Of a stretch of DNA of 52,775 nucleotides, positions 49,401 through 52,775 are shown piece after piece. The stretch covers positions 73,175 to 125,949 of the forward strand of contig MU058035.1 of the NCBI GenBank assembly GCA_013265495.1, written 5' to 3'. This DNA comes from Vicugna vicugna (taxonomy: Eukaryota). Each line of letters begins with the position of its first letter. The stretch's first letter is position 1. The translations under genes were made by a program, and so were the position numbers. A model generated the notes under the pieces. It was not told where the DNA came from, ran no database searches, and saw nothing but the letters and a program-made list of their open reading frames with translations.

Positions 49401-52400
49401 AATATATATAACAAATACTAACAGAGATTAAGGGAGAAACTAAGAATCTTATGGGAATACAATAATAGTAAGAGATTTTAATATTCCAATGACATCAACA
49501 GACAGATCTTTCACACAGAAAATCAATAAGGGAATAGAGATCCTAAATGACATAATAGAAGGGTTAGACTTAATTGATATTTTCAGGACATTACATCCCT
49601 CACCACCTCAGTCCCCCCACCCCAAAAAACAGATTACACATTCTTTTCAAATGAAACATCCTCCGAGATGGACCATATACTAAGACACAAAACAAGCCTC
49701 AAGAAACTTAAGAGGATAGAAATTATTTCAACCATTCTTTCTGACCATAATGACATGAAACTACAAATCAACCACAAAAAGAGAAATGAGAAAAAAAATA
49801 CATGGAGACTGAGCAGTATGCTACTAAAAAAACCAAAGGTTCAACAACAAAATTAAAGAGAAAAATTTTAAAATACCTTGAGACAAATGACAATGAAAAC
49901 ACAACCATACCAAATCCATGGAATGCAGTAAAAGCAGTCCTAGGAGGGAAGTTCGTAGTGATACAGATGTCCCTCAAAAAACAAGAAAGATCTCAAACAA
50001 CTTAATCTACCCCCTAAAAGAATTAGAAAAAGAACAAAGAAAACTTAATGTGAGGATAAGGAAGAAAATAATAAAGATGAGAGATGAAATAAAGATTTAA
50101 AGAATAGAAAAAAAATCCATTAAACCAAGAGCTGTTTTTTTGAAAGAATAAACAAAATCAACAAACTTCGGGCCAGGCTTACCAAGAAGAAAAGACAGCG
50201 CAAAAAAACCCCAAAAAACAAAAACCAAGCAAAAGACAAAACAAAACAAAAAAACACAAAAAAAACAAATTAACAAATGAAAGTGGAGAAATAACAACCA
50301 ATATCACAGAAATACAAAAAGCCATAAGAGAATACCAAGAACAATTATATGTCAACAAAATGAACAGAGAAGAAATAGACAAGTTTTTAGAAACATACAC
50401 CTACCAAAACTGAATCAAGAAGAAATGGATAATTTTAACACATCAATCACTAGGAGTGAAACAGAATCTATTAAAAAAATTTTTAAAAATTCCTGCAAAC
50501 ATAAGTCCAGAAGTGAATGGCTTCTCTGGGGCACTCTACCAAACAAAGAAGAATTTATACTAACCTTCTCAAACCCTTCCAAAAGATTGAAGAGGAGGGA
50601 ACATTCCCAAAGTGTTGTGTGAAGCCACCATCACCCCGTTAGCAAAATCAGACAAAGACAATATCAAAAAACAAAAGTACAGCCAACACCTTTTATCTAT
50701 ATAGATGCAAAACTCTTCAACAAAACATTAGCAAATAGAATCAAACAACATATAAAAAGGATCATACACCATGATCATACTGGATTCGTCCCTGGGTCAC
50801 AAGGATAGTTTAACATACCCAAATCAATCAATGTGATACATCACATTAACAAAAGAAAAGACAAAAACTACATGATCATCTCAATAGATGCAGAAAAAGC
50901 ATTTGATAAAATTCATGATAAAAACCCTCACAAAGCAGGTAGAGAGGGAACATATCTCAATATAGTAAAAGCTATTTATGACAAACCTACAGCCAATATA
51001 ATACTAAATGGTGACAAGTTGAAAGCCTTCCTGCTAAAATCTGGAAGAAGACAAGGATGCCACTCTAACCGCTTCAATACAACATAGTATTGGAAGTCCT
51101 AGCCACAGCAATCACACAAAAGGGAATAAAAGGCATCCAATTTGGAAGAAAGAGGTAAAACTGTCATTATATACAGATGACATAATACTCTACATAGAAA
51201 ACCCTAAAAACTCCATACAAAGACTATTAGAACTGATGAACAAATTCAACAAGGTAGCAGGATATGAGACTAACATACAAAAATTAGTTGCATTTCTTTA
51301 CACTAACAATGAAATATCAGAAAAAGAAAGTTTAAAAAGTTCCTTTTAAAATCATGTCAAAAAAAAAAGAAAAACAAAAAACAAAACCCGCAAAACCTAG
51401 GAATAAACCTAACCAAGGAGGTGAAAGAATTATATGTGGAGAGCTATAAAACATTGATAAAGGAAAATGAAGAGGATTCAAAGAAATAGAAACATATCCT
51501 GTACTCCTGGGTTGGAAGAACTAATATTGCTAAAATGGCCATACTACCCAAAGCAATCTACAGATTTAATGTGATCTCTATCAAAGAACCCTTGACATTT
51601 TTCATAAATCTAGAAAAAATAATTCTAAAATGTATATGGAATCACAAAAGACCCAGAATTGCCGAAGCAATACTGAAGAAAAAGAATGAAGCTGGAAGAA
51701 TACCCCTCCCAGACTTCAGACAACACTACAGAGCTACAGTCATCAAAACAGCACGGTGTTTGTACAAAAACAGACATATGGACCAATGGAACAGAATAGA
51801 GCCCAGAAACAAACTCACAAACTTTTGGTCAATTAACTTTTGATAAAGGAGGCAAGAACATACGATGGAGTAAAGATAGTCTCTTCAGCAAAAGGTGTTG
51901 GGAAAACTGGACAGCTGCATGTAAATCAATGAAGTTACAATACTCCCTCACTCCATACACAAAAATAAATTCAAAATGGCTTAAAGACTTAAAAATAAGA
52001 CAAGACACTTTAAACCTCTTAAAAGAAAACATAGGTAACACACTATCTGACATAAATCTTAGCAATGTTCTCCTAGGGCAGTCTACCCAAGCAATAGAAA
52101 TAAAAACAAAAATAAACAAAAGGCACCTAACTAAACTTATAAGCTTTTTGCACAGCAAAGGAAACCATAAGCAAAACAAAATGACAACCTATGGAATGGG
52201 AGAAAATATTTGCAAAAGATAAGACTGACAAGGGCTTAATTTCCAGAATACATAAACAGCTGATACAACTTAATATGAAAAAAACAAATAACCCAATCCA
52301 AAAAGGGGCAGAAGACCTAAACAAGCAATTCTCCAGTGAAGACATACAAATGGCCAATAGATACATGAAAAAATGCTCAATATTGCTCATTATCAGAGAA

Positions 52401-52713
52401 ATGCAAATCAAAAACTACAATGAGGTATCACGTCACAGCAGTCAGAATGGCCATCACTTAAATGTCCACAAACAATAAATGGAGGAGAGGGAGTGGAGAA
52501 AAGGGAACCCTCCTACACTGCTGGTGGGAGTGCAGTCTGGTGCAGCCATTACGGAAAACAGTACGATGATACCTCAAAAGACTAAAAATGGACTTACCAT
52601 ATGAGCCAGCAATGCCACTCCTGGGCATATATCCACAGGGGAACTTAATTCAAAAAGACACATGCACCCCAATGTTCATAGCAGCACTATATACAATAGC
52701 CAAGACATGGAAG
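46445..52713 (+). mobile_element. Near-full-length, inactivated L1 (5'UTR, ORF1 remnant ~47740-48582, ORF2 remnant from ~49044)
   Basis: 5' end has YY1-like CAAGATGGTGG (46458-46468). ORF1-like peptides at 47566..48000 and 48391..48582. Endonuclease fragment ICCLQETH (49115..49330), RT fragments [15 protein letters not shown] (50833..51087) and SLYTDD (~51164), [12 protein letters not shown] (51535..). Many stops and frameshifts. Confidence 0.96.
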
Positions 52714-52775
52714 TGTAGTGGAGAATAACCTTGGTTTGTTGGAGGTTTACAGGGACACCATGACCTAGCCCACAG
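52714..52775. mobile_element. Probable start of an LTR inserted into the L1 (truncated by the window end)
   Basis: L1 homology stops abruptly after ...caagacatggaag and unrelated sequence begins with TGTAGTGGAGAATAACC. A TG start is typical of LTRs. Confidence 0.5.

Noticed and set aside
46445..52713. Active reverse-transcriptase/endonuclease system
   Set aside because: ORF1 and ORF2 are broken by many stops, frameshifts and insertions. It is an ordinary dead L1.
1..52775. CRISPR arrays, prokaryotic operons, rRNA, snoRNA or miRNA precursors
   Set aside because: No regularly spaced repeats, no prokaryote-like gene blocks, and no convincing box motifs or long precursor hairpins were seen by eye. 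A covariance-model (Rfam) scan would be needed to exclude small RNAs.

Overview
This is mammalian genomic DNA, very probably from a camelid (it carries a Vic-1-like tRNA-derived SINE and cetartiodactyl-type L1s). It contains the 3' part of ARID5B (MRF2/DESRT) on the + strand. Six coding exons, equivalent to human exons 5-10, have canonical AG/GT boundaries and mutually consistent phases: 983-1095, 7251-7455, 9399-9451, 19006-19103, 34866-35064 and 38381-40540. They encode the ARID DNA-binding domain and the long C-terminal region. A ~3.9 kb motif-rich 3'UTR follows, ending at AATAAA 44429-44434. The introns hold mostly ancient MIR, L2, DNA-transposon and ERVL-LTR relics, one young SINE, one 5'-truncated antisense L1 with a target-site duplication, and several enhancer-like segments. 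Downstream lies a decayed near-full-length L1 (~46.4-52.7 kb), interrupted at the window end by a probable LTR. I see no new self-contained biological system. The best leads are regulatory: a duplicated splice acceptor at the last exon that would give an ARID-only protein, a 3'UTR hairpin that pairs a miR-19 site with a miR-92 site, a CpG-retaining intronic element, and short linear protein motifs. Repeat family names and human comparisons come from recalled consensus sequences, not from a search.
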